The translations under genes and the position numbers were made by a program. 64,000 nt of DNA from an uncultured Fibrobacteria bacterium. GTDB lineage: Bacteria > Fibrobacterota > Fibrobacteria > UBA11236. Of this stretch, positions 1 through 9,915 are shown in pieces. The DNA lies in NCBI GenBank assembly GCA_963716395.1, contig OY970309.1:1440001-1504000 (forward strand), read 5' to 3'. Position 1 is the first letter of the stretch; every line of letters begins with the position of its first letter. The notes beneath the pieces were generated by a model that was not told where the DNA came from, searched no databases, and worked only from the letters and a program-made list of their open reading frames with translations.

Positions 1-1234
1 AGCCGCTGCCTTGGGCCACAACATGGTCGCCGTTCAGCGCGATGTCGAAGCGGTCGCTGGCGAGAATACGCCCGGTTCCCGGGCCGGGCCGTAGGGCGAA
101 GCGGATTTTGTCGCCGTGCAAATCGATGGGGCCCCCGTCGGTTTGCACCCGCAAGGTGCGGATGCGCCCGTCGGAGAAGCGGCCGAGTATTTGCAATCCG
201 GTGATGCGGCGGAAAGACGGCGGGTTATCCACGCCGGCTGAGGCCAGATTGGCGCGCAGAATTCCTGCCAGAGCCTGGGCGTCCCAGGACTGCGTCCAGT
301 GCATATAGGGCGATGCGCGGCACCAGGGACGCCCCAGTGAATCGCGATCGGGCTGCGAAACGAGATAGGGAATGGCGGGGCCGCCCCAGACTTCGTTGCG
401 GGCCGCGGTGATTCCGCCGCAGGTACTGTAGTAATAACACAGGGCCAGGGTGTCTCCGTACAGCACAACCCGGCCCGCGGTGGCCGTGACGGCCCGGTCG
501 CCGAGCGGCGATTCGGCTTCGGCGCCGCCGAACACCTGATCCTGCACCGACGCGCGCACGTCGAAGTCGGGCCGGCGGCCGGCCAGCATGCGCTTGAGGG
601 CGTAAGTGCGCGCCACGATGGCCTGGGCCTCAAGGGCCGAGAGCGCGGCGGAATCGGGATGGCCCATTTCCAGCGGTACCACGCCGCGCAGATAATCTTC
701 CAGCGCGAGGGCGTTCACGCATTCCATGCCGCCCGCGGCGGGATAGAGTTCCAGATTTCCGCGATAGGATTTGCCGTCGGCCTGAAGCGGCGGGCCCGCC
801 CGCGGCGCCACAAATCGCAGGGCCGTGGCGGGACCGGTGGAAAAGGGCCGGCCCGAGGGGCCGGAAACACGAAAGTTACCCTCGCGGTAAACCACATGCA
901 GCCGGCCCGAAAGCTCCGGGCCCGGACCGGCCGATCCGTCGGATCGCCGCAGCATGAGACGCGTTCCGGCCGGGGCCGTCACGTCCAGCGCCGTCAGCCG
1001 ATCGCGAATCAGTACGCGCAGGGGGCGGCGCGCGGCCTTCGGCAAAGCGAATACGGCCGGTCCGGAAGGCGAAGGCCGCGCCGGCGTCAGGTAAAGCGAT
1101 TCGTCCGCCGCATAGGGAAAACGCAGCGGGTACGGATCCCAGACCTCGGGAAAAGGCGGACGGTTGTCGTCTTGCGCGCGGGCCAATCCCAACAGCGTCG
1201 GCAGTAGCCAGAAGGCGGGCGCCAGCAATCGCAC
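1..1234 (-). CDS. SpoIID/LytB domain protein (lytic transglycosylase family); runs off the window's left edge
   Basis: Not in the ORF track because it has no stop in the window. GTG at 1234 gives a signal-peptide-like MRLLAPAFWLLPTLLGLARA. Contains SpoIID motifs NALALEDYLRGVVPLEM...ALEAQAIVARTYA and ends ...HVVAQGSG at the window edge. Confidence 0.85.
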   Translation of the reverse strand, partial: MRLLAPAFWLLPTLLGLARAQDDNRPPFPEVWDPYPLRFPYAADESLYLTPARPSPSGPAVFALPKAARRPLRVLIRDRLTALDVTAPAGTRLMLRRSDGSAGPGPELSGRLHVVYREGNFRVSGPSGRPFSTGPATALRFVAPRAGPPLQADGKSYRGNLELYPAAGGMECVNALALEDYLRGVVPLEMGHPDSAALSALEAQAIVARTYALKRMLAGRRPDFDVRASVQDQVFGGAEAESPLGDRAVTATAGRVVLYGDTLALCYYYSTCGGITAARNEVWGGPAIPYLVSQPDRDSLGRPWCRASPYMHWTQSWDAQALAGILRANLASAGVDNPPSFRRITGLQILGRFSDGRIRTLRVQTDGGPIDLHGDKIRFALRPGPGTGRILASDRFDIALNGDHVVAQGSG

Positions 1235-1242
1235 GGGCTTGG

Positions 1243-1767
1243 TCAGAGGGCCCGGCGCGCCGTTTGTTTTGCCATTTGTTTCAACTTGGACTGGTTCAGC
1301 ATGCGGTCGGTGGCCGAGATTTTATCCACGAACAAAACCCCTTCGAGATGATCGATTTCATGCTGAATGCAGCGCGCCAGCAATCCCTCGACCCCTTTCA
1401 ACTCCAACGGCACGCCTTCGCGATCCAACCCCCGCATGGTGATCACCGCGGGACGCGTTACGTCGGCCCAGACTTCGGGCACCGACAGGCAGCCTTCTTC
1501 GGCCCGGGCTTCGCCGGCGGCCTCGACCACCGTGGGATTGAAGACGATGAGCGGGGATTTTTTTTCTTCTTCGCCCGCCACGTCGACCACGATGAGGCGC
1601 AGCAATTCGCCCACCTGGGGGGCGGCCAGCCCGATGCCGCCCGACCGGTACATGGCGGCCAGCATGTCGTCGGCCAATTGCTTGAGCGCAGGACTGATTT
1701 CGCGTACGGGTTTGGCCCGTTTGCGCAGCACCGGGTTGCCGAAGACGTAAATCGAAAGTTCCGACAT
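1243..1767 (-). CDS. def: peptide deformylase
   Basis: Motifs GIGLAAPQVG, EGCLS and HEIDH; basic C-terminal helix. Confidence 0.97.
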   Translation of the reverse strand: MSELSIYVFGNPVLRKRAKPVREISPALKQLADDMLAAMYRSGGIGLAAPQVGELLRLIVVDVAGEEEKKSPLIVFNPTVVEAAGEARAEEGCLSVPEVWADVTRPAVITMRGLDREGVPLELKGVEGLLARCIQHEIDHLEGVLFVDKISATDRMLNQSKLKQMAKQTARRAL

Positions 1768-2060
1768 CAGGCTTCGGCCACCGCCTTTTCGTCGCGTTTG
1801 GCGGTGAGCGGCTGCGAGATGGCGCTTTTATCGAAATCGATGCGCACGTTGTCGTGGAATTTGAGCGTGATGACATTGTCTTTGACGGCGAACACTTCGC
1901 CGTACATCCCCGAATTGGTGAGCACGCGATCCCCCTTTTTCAATTCCGACAGCATTTTTTGCAGGGCTTGTTGCTTCTTCTTCTGGGGCAGAAAAAACAT
2001 GAAATACATGATCGCGGCCATGGCGGCCAAAAACATCATATCCGAGGTGCCGAAGTGCAT
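1767..2060 (-). CDS. yajC: preprotein translocase subunit YajC
   Basis: One N-terminal TM helix, then PQKKKQ...LKKGDRVLTNSGMYG; SD AAGGAG upstream; 1-nt overlap with def. Confidence 0.95.
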   Translation of the reverse strand: MHFGTSDMMFLAAMAAIMYFMFFLPQKKKQQALQKMLSELKKGDRVLTNSGMYGEVFAVKDNVITLKFHDNVRIDFDKSAISQPLTAKRDEKAVAEA

Positions 2061-2150
2061 GCGTCTCCTTTGCCCCGCGCAGCGGGCGCGATGGCCGGGT
2101 TTTGGGATCGAATTTTAAAACTAGCAAGCCGGTGCGTTCCGCACCGGCGT

Positions 2151-2179
2151 TTGCCGCCCGCGATCCCGCCGGCTACTTT
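2151..2179 (+). promoter_or_regulatory. candidate sigma-70 promoter for tRNA-Arg
   Basis: TTGCCG (2151-2156), 17-nt spacer, TACTTT (2174-2179), ending 10 nt before the tRNA. Confidence 0.55.
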
Positions 2180-2189
2180 TGACCGATCC

Positions 2190-2265
2190 GCACCCGTAGC
2201 TCAGTGGATAGAGCAGCGGTTTTCTAAACCGTTGGCCCCAGGTTCGAACCCTGGCGGGTGCGCCA
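2190..2265 (+). tRNA. tRNA-Arg, anticodon TCT
   Basis: Cloverleaf: acceptor GCACCCG/CGGGTGC, D-arm TAGCTCAGTGGATAGAGC, anticodon stem GCGGT/ACCGT with loop TTTCTAA, T-loop TTCGAAC, encoded CCA; 76 nt. Confidence 0.96.
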
Positions 2266-2304
2266 ATTCAAGTCGCGGAAGGCGTGGCCAACGCGAAGGA
2301 AGGT

Positions 2305-3744
2305 TCAACGCCAGGGGAAGCCGGGCAAGCGCATGAGCAGGCCGAAACCGATGACGCCCACCACGCAAAAGCCCAGCACGAACTGCGAATTCAAATTCAA
2401 TTCGCGGGGCGATTCGCCGGGAGCCACAGCGCCGGATTCGGCGGGCAGCCACAAGGCGCGGATCATTTTGAAATAGAAGAAGAAGGAAATCAGCCCGGCG
2501 AAAAGCGACGCCGCCAGCACGGGAATGAGCCCCGGCGGAATGGGCGCGCCGGTTTTCAGCGCTTCGGAGACCACGCCGAATTTGGCCGCGAACCCGGCGG
2601 TGAACGGGATTCCGGCTAGGCTGAACAGCATCAGCGTCATGGCCGCGGCCGTCACCGGATAGCGGCGGCCCAAGCCCTGCAAATCCGCGAGGGTGTCGAT
2701 GTCGGCGTGGCGCGTGCCGAAGGCCATGAACGAAGCGATTAGGCCCAAAGTGGTGAGGGCATAGGCCACCAGGTAAAACAGAAACGGTTCGATGGAGTCG
2801 AGCATTAGACTGAGCAGGAGAAAGCCGGCGTTGGCCACCGACGAATAGGCCAGCAACCGCTTGAGCCGCGTTTGCGCCACGGCCTGCAAATTGCCGAACA
2901 CGGCGCAGGCGATGGCGGCGGCCATCAGATACGGTTGCCAGGTTTGGTGCAGCGCGGCATAAGGTCCCCAGAGAATCAGGGCGATGAGGCCGAAGGCCGC
3001 CACCTTGGCCGGGGCCGCGATGAAGGCGAGCGAGGCCAGGTTGGCGCCGTCGTACACGTCGGAAAGCCAGATATGCGCGGGCGCCGAACCGGTTTTGAAC
3101 AGAAGGGCCGCCAGCAAAAAGGCCAAGCCGGCCTTGGCCAGAACCAATTCGGGGCCGCGGTGTTCGATCACCAGCCGCAGCATTTGGTTCTGGATATCGG
3201 GCAGCATCCAGGCGCCGGTGGCGCCGTACAAAAAGGCCAGGCCCAGCAGAAACAGGCTGCTGGCGAAAACCCCCAGGATGAGGTATTTCAACCCGGCCTC
3301 GTCGGCGCGGGCGTCGTGGTGGTTGAAGCCAGCCAGCACGTAAGAGGGGATCGACACCAGCTCGAAGGCCACGAACAGCGTGGCTAGGTCGCCGGCCAGG
3401 GGTAGATGGAACAACCCCAGGGCCTGGGCCAGCACTACCAGGCGAAAGTCGACGCCGTGCACGCGGATTTTGTCGAGATACGACTCGGCCAGAATCACGG
3501 CGATCAGCGAAAGGGCCAGGCCGGCATAGGCCAGCGCCTTGCCCGTGGCCGTAACATGAATGGCACCCCCGAAATAGGATTGCCCGGGTGTGAGTTTCCA
3601 GGCGGTCAGGATGGCGCTCAGGGCCAATGCCGCCACGGTGATCACATGCGAAATCACTGCCTGCTGCTTCCAATGCGTGGAGGCCAGCAGCAGCAAAAGG
3701 CCGAAGGCGATGAGGATCGGAGCCTGGGTCAATAAATAGCCCAT
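2305..3744 (-). CDS. nuoN: NADH-quinone oxidoreductase subunit N
   Basis: Polytopic antiporter-like subunit; EAGLKYLILG, FKTGSAPAHIW, KRLLAYSS, SLAGIPFTAGF; last gene of the nuo cluster. Confidence 0.95.
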   Translation of the reverse strand: MGYLLTQAPILIAFGLLLLLASTHWKQQAVISHVITVAALALSAILTAWKLTPGQSYFGGAIHVTATGKALAYAGLALSLIAVILAESYLDKIRVHGVDFRLVVLAQALGLFHLPLAGDLATLFVAFELVSIPSYVLAGFNHHDARADEAGLKYLILGVFASSLFLLGLAFLYGATGAWMLPDIQNQMLRLVIEHRGPELVLAKAGLAFLLAALLFKTGSAPAHIWLSDVYDGANLASLAFIAAPAKVAAFGLIALILWGPYAALHQTWQPYLMAAAIACAVFGNLQAVAQTRLKRLLAYSSVANAGFLLLSLMLDSIEPFLFYLVAYALTTLGLIASFMAFGTRHADIDTLADLQGLGRRYPVTAAAMTLMLFSLAGIPFTAGFAAKFGVVSEALKTGAPIPPGLIPVLAASLFAGLISFFFYFKMIRALWLPAESGAVAPGESPRELNLNSQFVLGFCVVGVIGFGLLMRLPGFPWR

Positions 3745-3745
3745 G

Positions 3746-5275
3746 TCAGCTCGTCCAGCAAATGGGGTTGAGGAATATCATGGCCCTTTCCAGCGGATGC
3801 AACAGCAGCATGGGATACAGGCCCACGACCAGCCACAGCGCCGCCATGCCCAGCGACAACGCGGTTTCGCCCGCGTCGAGATCGGGCATGAGCTTCGCGG
3901 GTGCGCGGCCCGGTCCGGCCGGTTGCCCGAAGAAGATGGCGTGAAAAGTTCGCAGCAGGGCGGCGGCCCCGATCAAGGCGCCGGCCGCCGCAAAAAAGGT
4001 CGCGAGGGGCGAAACCTGGAAGGTGGTGAAGTACACCAGCAACTCGCCGGCGAAATTGCTCAGGCCGGGCAGGCTGGCGCTGGCGAACACCGACAGCAGC
4101 AAGACGGCGGCCAGCCGCCGTTGCCGCGGCCGCAACCCCGAGAGCAGGCCTTTGTCGGGGCTTTCGGCGCCGACCTGTACGCGGGCGTCAAGGGAGAAGA
4201 GCATGACCATGATGAGGCCGTGGCTGAAGGCCAGCAGCACCGCACCCGACAGGCCGCTGGCTGCGGCGTCGCCCGCCTGCGCCGAGGCGAACACGCCCAG
4301 GGCCAGCAGGGAAAGATGCGACAGCGACGCATAGGCCAGCAGGTCGATGAGCCGCTCTTGCACCAAGGTCAGTAGTGCCCCGTACACGATACCCATCACG
4401 GCCAGCACTTCGAGGGCCGGGGCGTAATGCTGCATTTCTTCCGGAAAACACGGGGCCAGAATCAGAATCAAGCCGTAGGCTCCCATTTTGGACATGGCCG
4501 CCGAAAGCAGGGCCCGGCAGGCCGGCGGCGCGGCGTTATAGGTGTCGCGCAGCCAGCCGTGAAATCCGAGCAACGGCAGTTTGACGGCGAAGCCGAGGAA
4601 AAAACCCGCAAACACCCAATGGCGCAGGCCGGGGTCCATGTTGCCCACGACCTCGGCCAACCCCTGCACGCCGGGATCGCGCAAGTCGGCGGCGCATACG
4701 GCCGCGATGGAAAAAAGCATGGGCAGGCTGCCGGCCAAAGTGAACAGCACGAATCGCAGCAAGATGGGATACACCGAGGCCACGTGGTAGCCCGGGCGAC
4801 CGTAGCGGCCGATCCAGAAATACACGGCTATCAGCGCCGCCTCCCAGAAGAAATACAGGAGCAGCAGGGAATCGGCGGTGAACACGCCGGCCAAGGCGGC
4901 GATCATGGCCCAGGCGCACAGGTAATATCCCTTGCCGTAACGCCCCTCGCGGTCGCGCAGGAACGTGAAGACGACGGGGGCGCACAAGCCCAGCAGCAGC
5001 ACGAACAGCGCGTTGCGCGGATCGAGATACAGCCGGGGCGTGACGGCGAACCCCGAAGCGCCCACGTGCCAGAGCGGGCCCCGCACCGCGAACCCGTTGG
5101 GCGAGGCCAGGCCGACGGCGGCCGCCACCAGCGAGGCCGCCGCGAAGACATAGGCGGCGGCCGCCGCCACCGCCGGAAGCGCCGCGCGGCGCAGGGGATA
5201 GAGGAGAAAGCACAGCGCGGTCAAGCCCGCCATCAAGACGGGTAAAAGCGCGAGGTCGGGCAGCCAAATCCGCAT
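3746..5275 (-). CDS. nuoM: NADH-quinone oxidoreductase subunit M
   Basis: LYFFWE, FAVKLPLLGFHGWL, SKMGAYG, LPGLSNFAGE; lies between nuoL and nuoN. Confidence 0.92.
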   Translation of the reverse strand: MRIWLPDLALLPVLMAGLTALCFLLYPLRRAALPAVAAAAAYVFAAASLVAAAVGLASPNGFAVRGPLWHVGASGFAVTPRLYLDPRNALFVLLLGLCAPVVFTFLRDREGRYGKGYYLCAWAMIAALAGVFTADSLLLLYFFWEAALIAVYFWIGRYGRPGYHVASVYPILLRFVLFTLAGSLPMLFSIAAVCAADLRDPGVQGLAEVVGNMDPGLRHWVFAGFFLGFAVKLPLLGFHGWLRDTYNAAPPACRALLSAAMSKMGAYGLILILAPCFPEEMQHYAPALEVLAVMGIVYGALLTLVQERLIDLLAYASLSHLSLLALGVFASAQAGDAAASGLSGAVLLAFSHGLIMVMLFSLDARVQVGAESPDKGLLSGLRPRQRRLAAVLLLSVFASASLPGLSNFAGELLVYFTTFQVSPLATFFAAAGALIGAAALLRTFHAIFFGQPAGPGRAPAKLMPDLDAGETALSLGMAALWLVVGLYPMLLLHPLERAMIFLNPICWTS

Positions 5276-5278
5276 GGT

Positions 5279-7216
5279 CTAGTTCCGCAGCAGAAAGTAA
5301 GCCGCCACCGCCGCGACCAGCAGCAGGTAAGCGGCGTATTGCTGTACGCGGCCGCTTTGCAGACGGCGCAACAACAGGGATACGCCTTCGGCCGCCCATC
5401 CCAGGGCGCTCAGCACGCCGATGAAAATGTTTTCGAAGAGCAGCCGCATCAGCCATCCGGCGGCGCGCAGGGGCCACACGAAGACCAGGGCGTAGACATC
5501 GTCGAAATAGAACTTGCGCGTCAGCGGCCCCACCTGGCCCAGACGGGCGCGCCCCGTGATCGCAGCCAGGGATTGGCTTCGCTGCGAGGAGGAAAAGATC
5601 CAGAAGGCGCAGGCGGCCAAGACCAGATTCACGATCACGCCGGGCAAGGCGCGACTCCATTCCATGGGTTCGGGAATGGCGGCCATGCCGGCCACCCAAT
5701 GCAGCAGAAGGGGCCGGCTGCTGAATAACGCGAAGGCCGGGCCGGCCAGGGCCAGCAGGGCGAGCACGGCGATCACCGTGCGGCTTTTTTCCCGCGGGGT
5801 TCCGCCCGCGTGGTGGCCGTCACCCCCGTGCGCATCCCCTTGTGCATAGGCGGCTTCGCGATCATCGCCCGACAGATAGCCGAGCATACGAAACATGTAC
5901 AGGGCCGACAGCGATTCCACGGCCGTGGCTAGGCCGTTGAGCCAGCCGCCGGAAAGATGCAGACCGAAGGCGTGAAGATTCACGGCGCGCAGCGATTCGA
6001 GCACGGCGTCTTCGGTGAAAAAGCCGGCGGAGAAAAAGGGAATGAGCCCGGCGCCGCCGATGCAGCCCACCCAGAAGGCGATGCGCGTCACCGGCATGTG
6101 GCGCAGCGTTCCCCGCAGTTTGCGCACGTCTTGCTCGTGATGGGTGGAGAGGATCACGCTGCCGGCGGCCAGAAACAACAGCGCCTTGAAAAAGGCGTGG
6201 CCGAAGAGATGCAGCATGGCCGATCCCGGTGAGCCGGCGGCCAGGGCGAGAAACATGAGGGCGAGATTGGCCAGGGTGGAGTAGGCCAGGATTTTTTTGA
6301 CGTCGGTTTGCACCAGGGCCAGAAAAGCGCCCACCACCAAGGTGCACAAGGCGCATACTCCGATGAGCACGCGCGCCTCCGGCACTAGGGCGTACAGCCA
6401 GTCGAGGCGCATGAGCAGATACACTCCGGCCGTGACCATGGTGGCGGCGTGGATGAGGGCGCTGACCGGCGTCGGTCCGGCCATGGCGTCGGCCAGCCAC
6501 ACGTGCAGCGGCACCTGGGCCGACTTGGCGAAGGCGCCGCCGAGCAGCAGCAGGGCCGCCATGTGCGCCTGCCATTCATGGCCCGGCAGCAGTTCCAGGC
6601 CATGCGCGTGCAATTCGGAAAGCGACACGGTGCCGAAAGCCCGGTACAGCATGAACACGCCCAAGAGAAAGAACACGTCGCCGATGCGGTTCACGAAAAA
6701 TGCGCGGAAGGCCGCCAGCGGTACGCCGGTTTCGTCCCAGTAATGGCCGATGAGGAGATAGGAACAGAGGCCCACGCCTTCCCATCCGAGAAAAATGAGA
6801 ACGAGATTGTCGGAGAGCACCAGCAGCAGCATGGCGGCCAGAAACAGGTTGAGGCCCGCGAAGAAGCGGGGCTGCTCGCGGTCTTCGCGCATGTAACCGA
6901 TGGAATAGATGGTGATGAGAAAGCTGAAAAACGTGACCAGCAGCACCATGCACATCGCCGCCGAATCCAGACGCAGTTTCAATCCGGCCTGAAAGGCATG
7001 CGTCGACAGCCAGGGGCCCAGGTCGAGCGTCAGCGGCGCCCCGCCGCCCAAGAGGTGCAGCGGCAGCAGGGCCAGCGCCAGGGCGAAAGAAAGTCCCGCG
7101 GCCAAGGTGGCCAGCCCGCCCACGGCGTTGTACGAGAGCGCCCCGCCGAACACCGCCAGAATCAGGGCCGACACGGCGGGAATGGCCGGCAGGCTGAGCA
7201 GGGCCAGGGGATTCAT
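5279..7216 (-). CDS. nuoL: NADH-quinone oxidoreductase subunit L
   Basis: GWEGVGLCSYLLIG, KSAQVPLHVWLADAMAGPTPVSALIHAATMVTAG, HAFFKALLF. Start set at ATG 7216 (MNPLALL), overlapping the nuoK stop. Confidence 0.95.
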   Translation of the reverse strand: MNPLALLSLPAIPAVSALILAVFGGALSYNAVGGLATLAAGLSFALALALLPLHLLGGGAPLTLDLGPWLSTHAFQAGLKLRLDSAAMCMVLLVTFFSFLITIYSIGYMREDREQPRFFAGLNLFLAAMLLLVLSDNLVLIFLGWEGVGLCSYLLIGHYWDETGVPLAAFRAFFVNRIGDVFFLLGVFMLYRAFGTVSLSELHAHGLELLPGHEWQAHMAALLLLGGAFAKSAQVPLHVWLADAMAGPTPVSALIHAATMVTAGVYLLMRLDWLYALVPEARVLIGVCALCTLVVGAFLALVQTDVKKILAYSTLANLALMFLALAAGSPGSAMLHLFGHAFFKALLFLAAGSVILSTHHEQDVRKLRGTLRHMPVTRIAFWVGCIGGAGLIPFFSAGFFTEDAVLESLRAVNLHAFGLHLSGGWLNGLATAVESLSALYMFRMLGYLSGDDREAAYAQGDAHGGDGHHAGGTPREKSRTVIAVLALLALAGPAFALFSSRPLLLHWVAGMAAIPEPMEWSRALPGVIVNLVLAACAFWIFSSSQRSQSLAAITGRARLGQVGPLTRKFYFDDVYALVFVWPLRAAGWLMRLLFENIFIGVLSALGWAAEGVSLLLRRLQSGRVQQYAAYLLLVAAVAAYFLLRN

Positions 7217-7545
7217 GCGTCGCCTTCTTCCGGCCGCTCTCCCAGCCGGGCGATGCGCTCGGGCGTGATATCGTGGTAGTTCTTGAAGAGCACGATGATC
7301 ATGGAAAGGCCCACCGCCGCCTCGACGGCCGCGACGCCGATGGAAAGCATGTAGAGATAGTGGCCGGCTTCCACCGTCGCCCACCGGAAGTAATTGAAGG
7401 AGATTAAGGTGAGGTTGACGCCGTTCAGCATGACCTCGACCGACAGCAGCACGAGAATCAGGCTGCGGCGGCGAAAGACCCCGAAGCTGCCGATCAGCAC
7501 CAGCAAAAGCGCCAGCGTCAGGCAACCCGCCAGGTCAAACCGCAT
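7213..7545 (-). CDS. nuoK: NADH-quinone oxidoreductase subunit K
   Basis: Three TM helices; LLSVEVMLNGVNL and AAVEAAVGL; start ATG 7545. Confidence 0.94.
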   Translation of the reverse strand: MRFDLAGCLTLALLLVLIGSFGVFRRRSLILVLLSVEVMLNGVNLTLISFNYFRWATVEAGHYLYMLSIGVAAVEAAVGLSMIIVLFKNYHDITPERIARLGERPEEGDA

Positions 7546-8134
7546 CGTGCGGCGCCTCCGGGTCGGCCGCATGCCCGGCGCGGCGGCGGCTGAAATTGAT
7601 GGCGGCGATGACGCCCACCAGGATCAGAAAACTCATGAGTTCGAAAGAAACCGTGAGCGGGTTGTGCGCGGGGTCTTTAAAGATGAAATCGGAGAGCGAC
7701 GGCAGCGTTCCGAACCCCGTCGCCGGCTGCGGAGTCGTGGCCAAAGCCGAAGCGGCCCGGAAGATGGGGGGAATGAATACGGCCCCGACCAGAATGAGAA
7801 ACACGATTCCGACGGCGGCCAGCCGCAGGCTGGGCGGATTGCCGCGATCGGGATGGTTCATGCTGTCGGGGATTTCCCCGCCGCGCGGGGCCGGATTAAT
7901 CATCATGATGACGAAGGCGAACAACATCATGATGGCGCCGCCGTAGACCAGGATTTGCAGGATGCCCACGAAAGGGGCTTGCATCATGACGTATAAGAGG
8001 GCGGTGGGCAGAAAGGAAAGAATCAGGAACAAGATGGCGCGCACGGGATTTTTGGCCAGCACCACGCCGACCGAGAGTCCAATCAATCCCACCGCAGACA
8101 AGGCGAACAGGATATCGGGAAGTTGGGGCGGCAC
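7535..8134 (-). CDS. nuoJ: NADH-quinone oxidoreductase subunit J
   Basis: KNPVRAIL, QILVYGGAIMMLFAFVIMM, FELMSFLILVGVIAA. Confidence 0.94.
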   Translation of the reverse strand: MPPQLPDILFALSAVGLIGLSVGVVLAKNPVRAILFLILSFLPTALLYVMMQAPFVGILQILVYGGAIMMLFAFVIMMINPAPRGGEIPDSMNHPDRGNPPSLRLAAVGIVFLILVGAVFIPPIFRAASALATTPQPATGFGTLPSLSDFIFKDPAHNPLTVSFELMSFLILVGVIAAINFSRRRAGHAADPEAPHDAV

Positions 8135-8386
8135 TTGGGTCCTTGCCTTGAGGGGCGGGCCGCAGCTTTTCGGAACCGCGTTTTTCGCCCGAATTGGCGG
8201 GTACTATGTAGAAACATCGAGCAGACTTATAAAGGAATCGCGCTACGAAACGGGTCGTAATCCGGTCGCGATGTTTTACCAATGCAACCTAAGCCGGTCT
8301 CAATCCCCTGGGGCGGATGCGGGGCGACGGCAAAAAGAAAAAGCCGCCGCCGGCGGGCGAAATTTCGCATTGAATTCAACGCGCCA

Positions 8387-8854
8387 TCAATTGTTCAGCA
8401 GCTTGTCGCGGTCATAGATGAATTCCTGCCGCGTCTGGTAGACCTTGGGCACCTTGTTGGTCATTTCGATGGCTTCCTTGGGGCAGGCTTCGACGCAATA
8501 GCCGCAATAAATGCATTTGAGCATGTCGATTTCGAACACGCGTGGAATTTTGTCGCGGCCTTCCCAATTGGGCGGCGCGGCTTCGGCCACGATGTTGATG
8601 CAATTGGCCGGGCAGGCCGTGGCGCACATATAGCAGGCCACGCATTTCATGTGGCCCTCGGCGTCTTTGGTCAGGCGGTGTTCGCCCCGGAAGCGTTCGC
8701 TGACCTTGGGTTTTTGTTCGGGGAATTGGATGGTCACGGGCTTGCGCACGAATTCGCGCAGCGAGACCAGCATGCCCTTGAGCAGCATGGGAACGTAAAT
8801 GCGCGTAACCCACGAGAGTTTTCCGGTTTTCACGGCGCCCGCTTCAGCCGACAT
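8387..8854 (-). CDS. nuoI: NADH-quinone oxidoreductase subunit I
   Basis: Two CxxCxxCxxxCP motifs (CVACYMCATACP, CIYCGYCVEACP); RFRGEH. Confidence 0.96.
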   Translation of the reverse strand: MSAEAGAVKTGKLSWVTRIYVPMLLKGMLVSLREFVRKPVTIQFPEQKPKVSERFRGEHRLTKDAEGHMKCVACYMCATACPANCINIVAEAAPPNWEGRDKIPRVFEIDMLKCIYCGYCVEACPKEAIEMTNKVPKVYQTRQEFIYDRDKLLNN

Positions 8855-9914
8855 ACCATCCCCACCATTGCATGCCCAGTGCCGTGATCAAGATATTCGC
8901 CAGGGCCAGGGGAATCAAAGCCGACCAGCCCAAGCGCATCAGCTGATCCCAGCGGAAGCGCGGCATGGTCCAGCGCACCCACATGAAAAAGAAAATCAGC
9001 ACCAACACCTTGGCGATGAATAGCGCAAAACTGACCAGGGCCGCGACGAACCAGGGAAAGGCGTGCAACCAGGTCATCCAGCCCGCGGGCAAGGTCCATC
9101 CGCCGAGAAACAGGGTGACGATCAAGGAGCACATGGTCCACAGCCCGGCATATTCGCCCAGCATGAACCAGGCATAGCGCATGCCCGTGTATTCGGTGTG
9201 ATACCCGCCGACCAATTCCTGTTCGGCTTCGGGCAGATCGAAGGGGGCGCGGTTGGTTTCGGCAAAGGCGGCCACCAGAAAGAGCAGAAAGGTGAGCGGC
9301 TCGAGAAAAATGTTCCAGGCCGGCAGCCAATGGCCCTGCTGCTGCTGGGCGATTTCGGCCAGGTTGAGCGAGCCGGTTTTCATCACCAAGGCCAGCACCG
9401 ACAGACCCAAAACGATTTCATAGCTGATGAGCTGCGCCGAAGAGCGGATGCCGCCGAGCAAACTGTATTGGTTGTTCGAGGCCCAGCCGCCGAAGGCCAG
9501 ACCGTACGACGCCAGCGAAGACACGGCCATTATCACCAGCAGTCCCATTTCCACGTAGGAGACGGCCAGCACGCCGCCCTGGCCAAGCCAGTCGCGGCCC
9601 GGCGCCGCACCCACCGGAATCACGCCGAACGAGATGACGCCCGGCAGAAAGGCCATGACGGGCGCGGCCAGAAAGATGAGGCGATCGGTTTGCAAAGGAA
9701 AGAAATCTTCTTTCCACATCAGTTTGATGGCGTCGGCCAGCGACTGGAAAAGCCCCAGGGGGCCGACGCGGTTGGGGCCGAGGCGGCGCTGGAAACGCGC
9801 CGATACCTTGCGCTCCATCCACACCAGCATGGGAACGGCGGACATTACGATGCCCACCGCCACCAGCATTTTGAGTACGGCGATGACGAGGGGGTTTTGG
9901 ATCATGTTCAACAT
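8844..9914 (-). CDS. nuoH: NADH-quinone oxidoreductase subunit H
   Basis: ERKVSARFQRRLGPNRVGP, AETNRAPFDLPEAEQELVGGYHTEY, PRFRWDQLM. Confidence 0.97.
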   Translation of the reverse strand: MLNMIQNPLVIAVLKMLVAVGIVMSAVPMLVWMERKVSARFQRRLGPNRVGPLGLFQSLADAIKLMWKEDFFPLQTDRLIFLAAPVMAFLPGVISFGVIPVGAAPGRDWLGQGGVLAVSYVEMGLLVIMAVSSLASYGLAFGGWASNNQYSLLGGIRSSAQLISYEIVLGLSVLALVMKTGSLNLAEIAQQQQGHWLPAWNIFLEPLTFLLFLVAAFAETNRAPFDLPEAEQELVGGYHTEYTGMRYAWFMLGEYAGLWTMCSLIVTLFLGGWTLPAGWMTWLHAFPWFVAALVSFALFIAKVLVLIFFFMWVRWTMPRFRWDQLMRLGWSALIPLALANILITALGMQWWGWYVG

Positions 9915-9915
9915 G

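Noticed and set aside
2190-2305. tRNA-Arg as an integration site for an island
   Set aside because: The flanking genes are core (yajC, nuoN). No integrase and no duplicated tRNA 3' end were seen.
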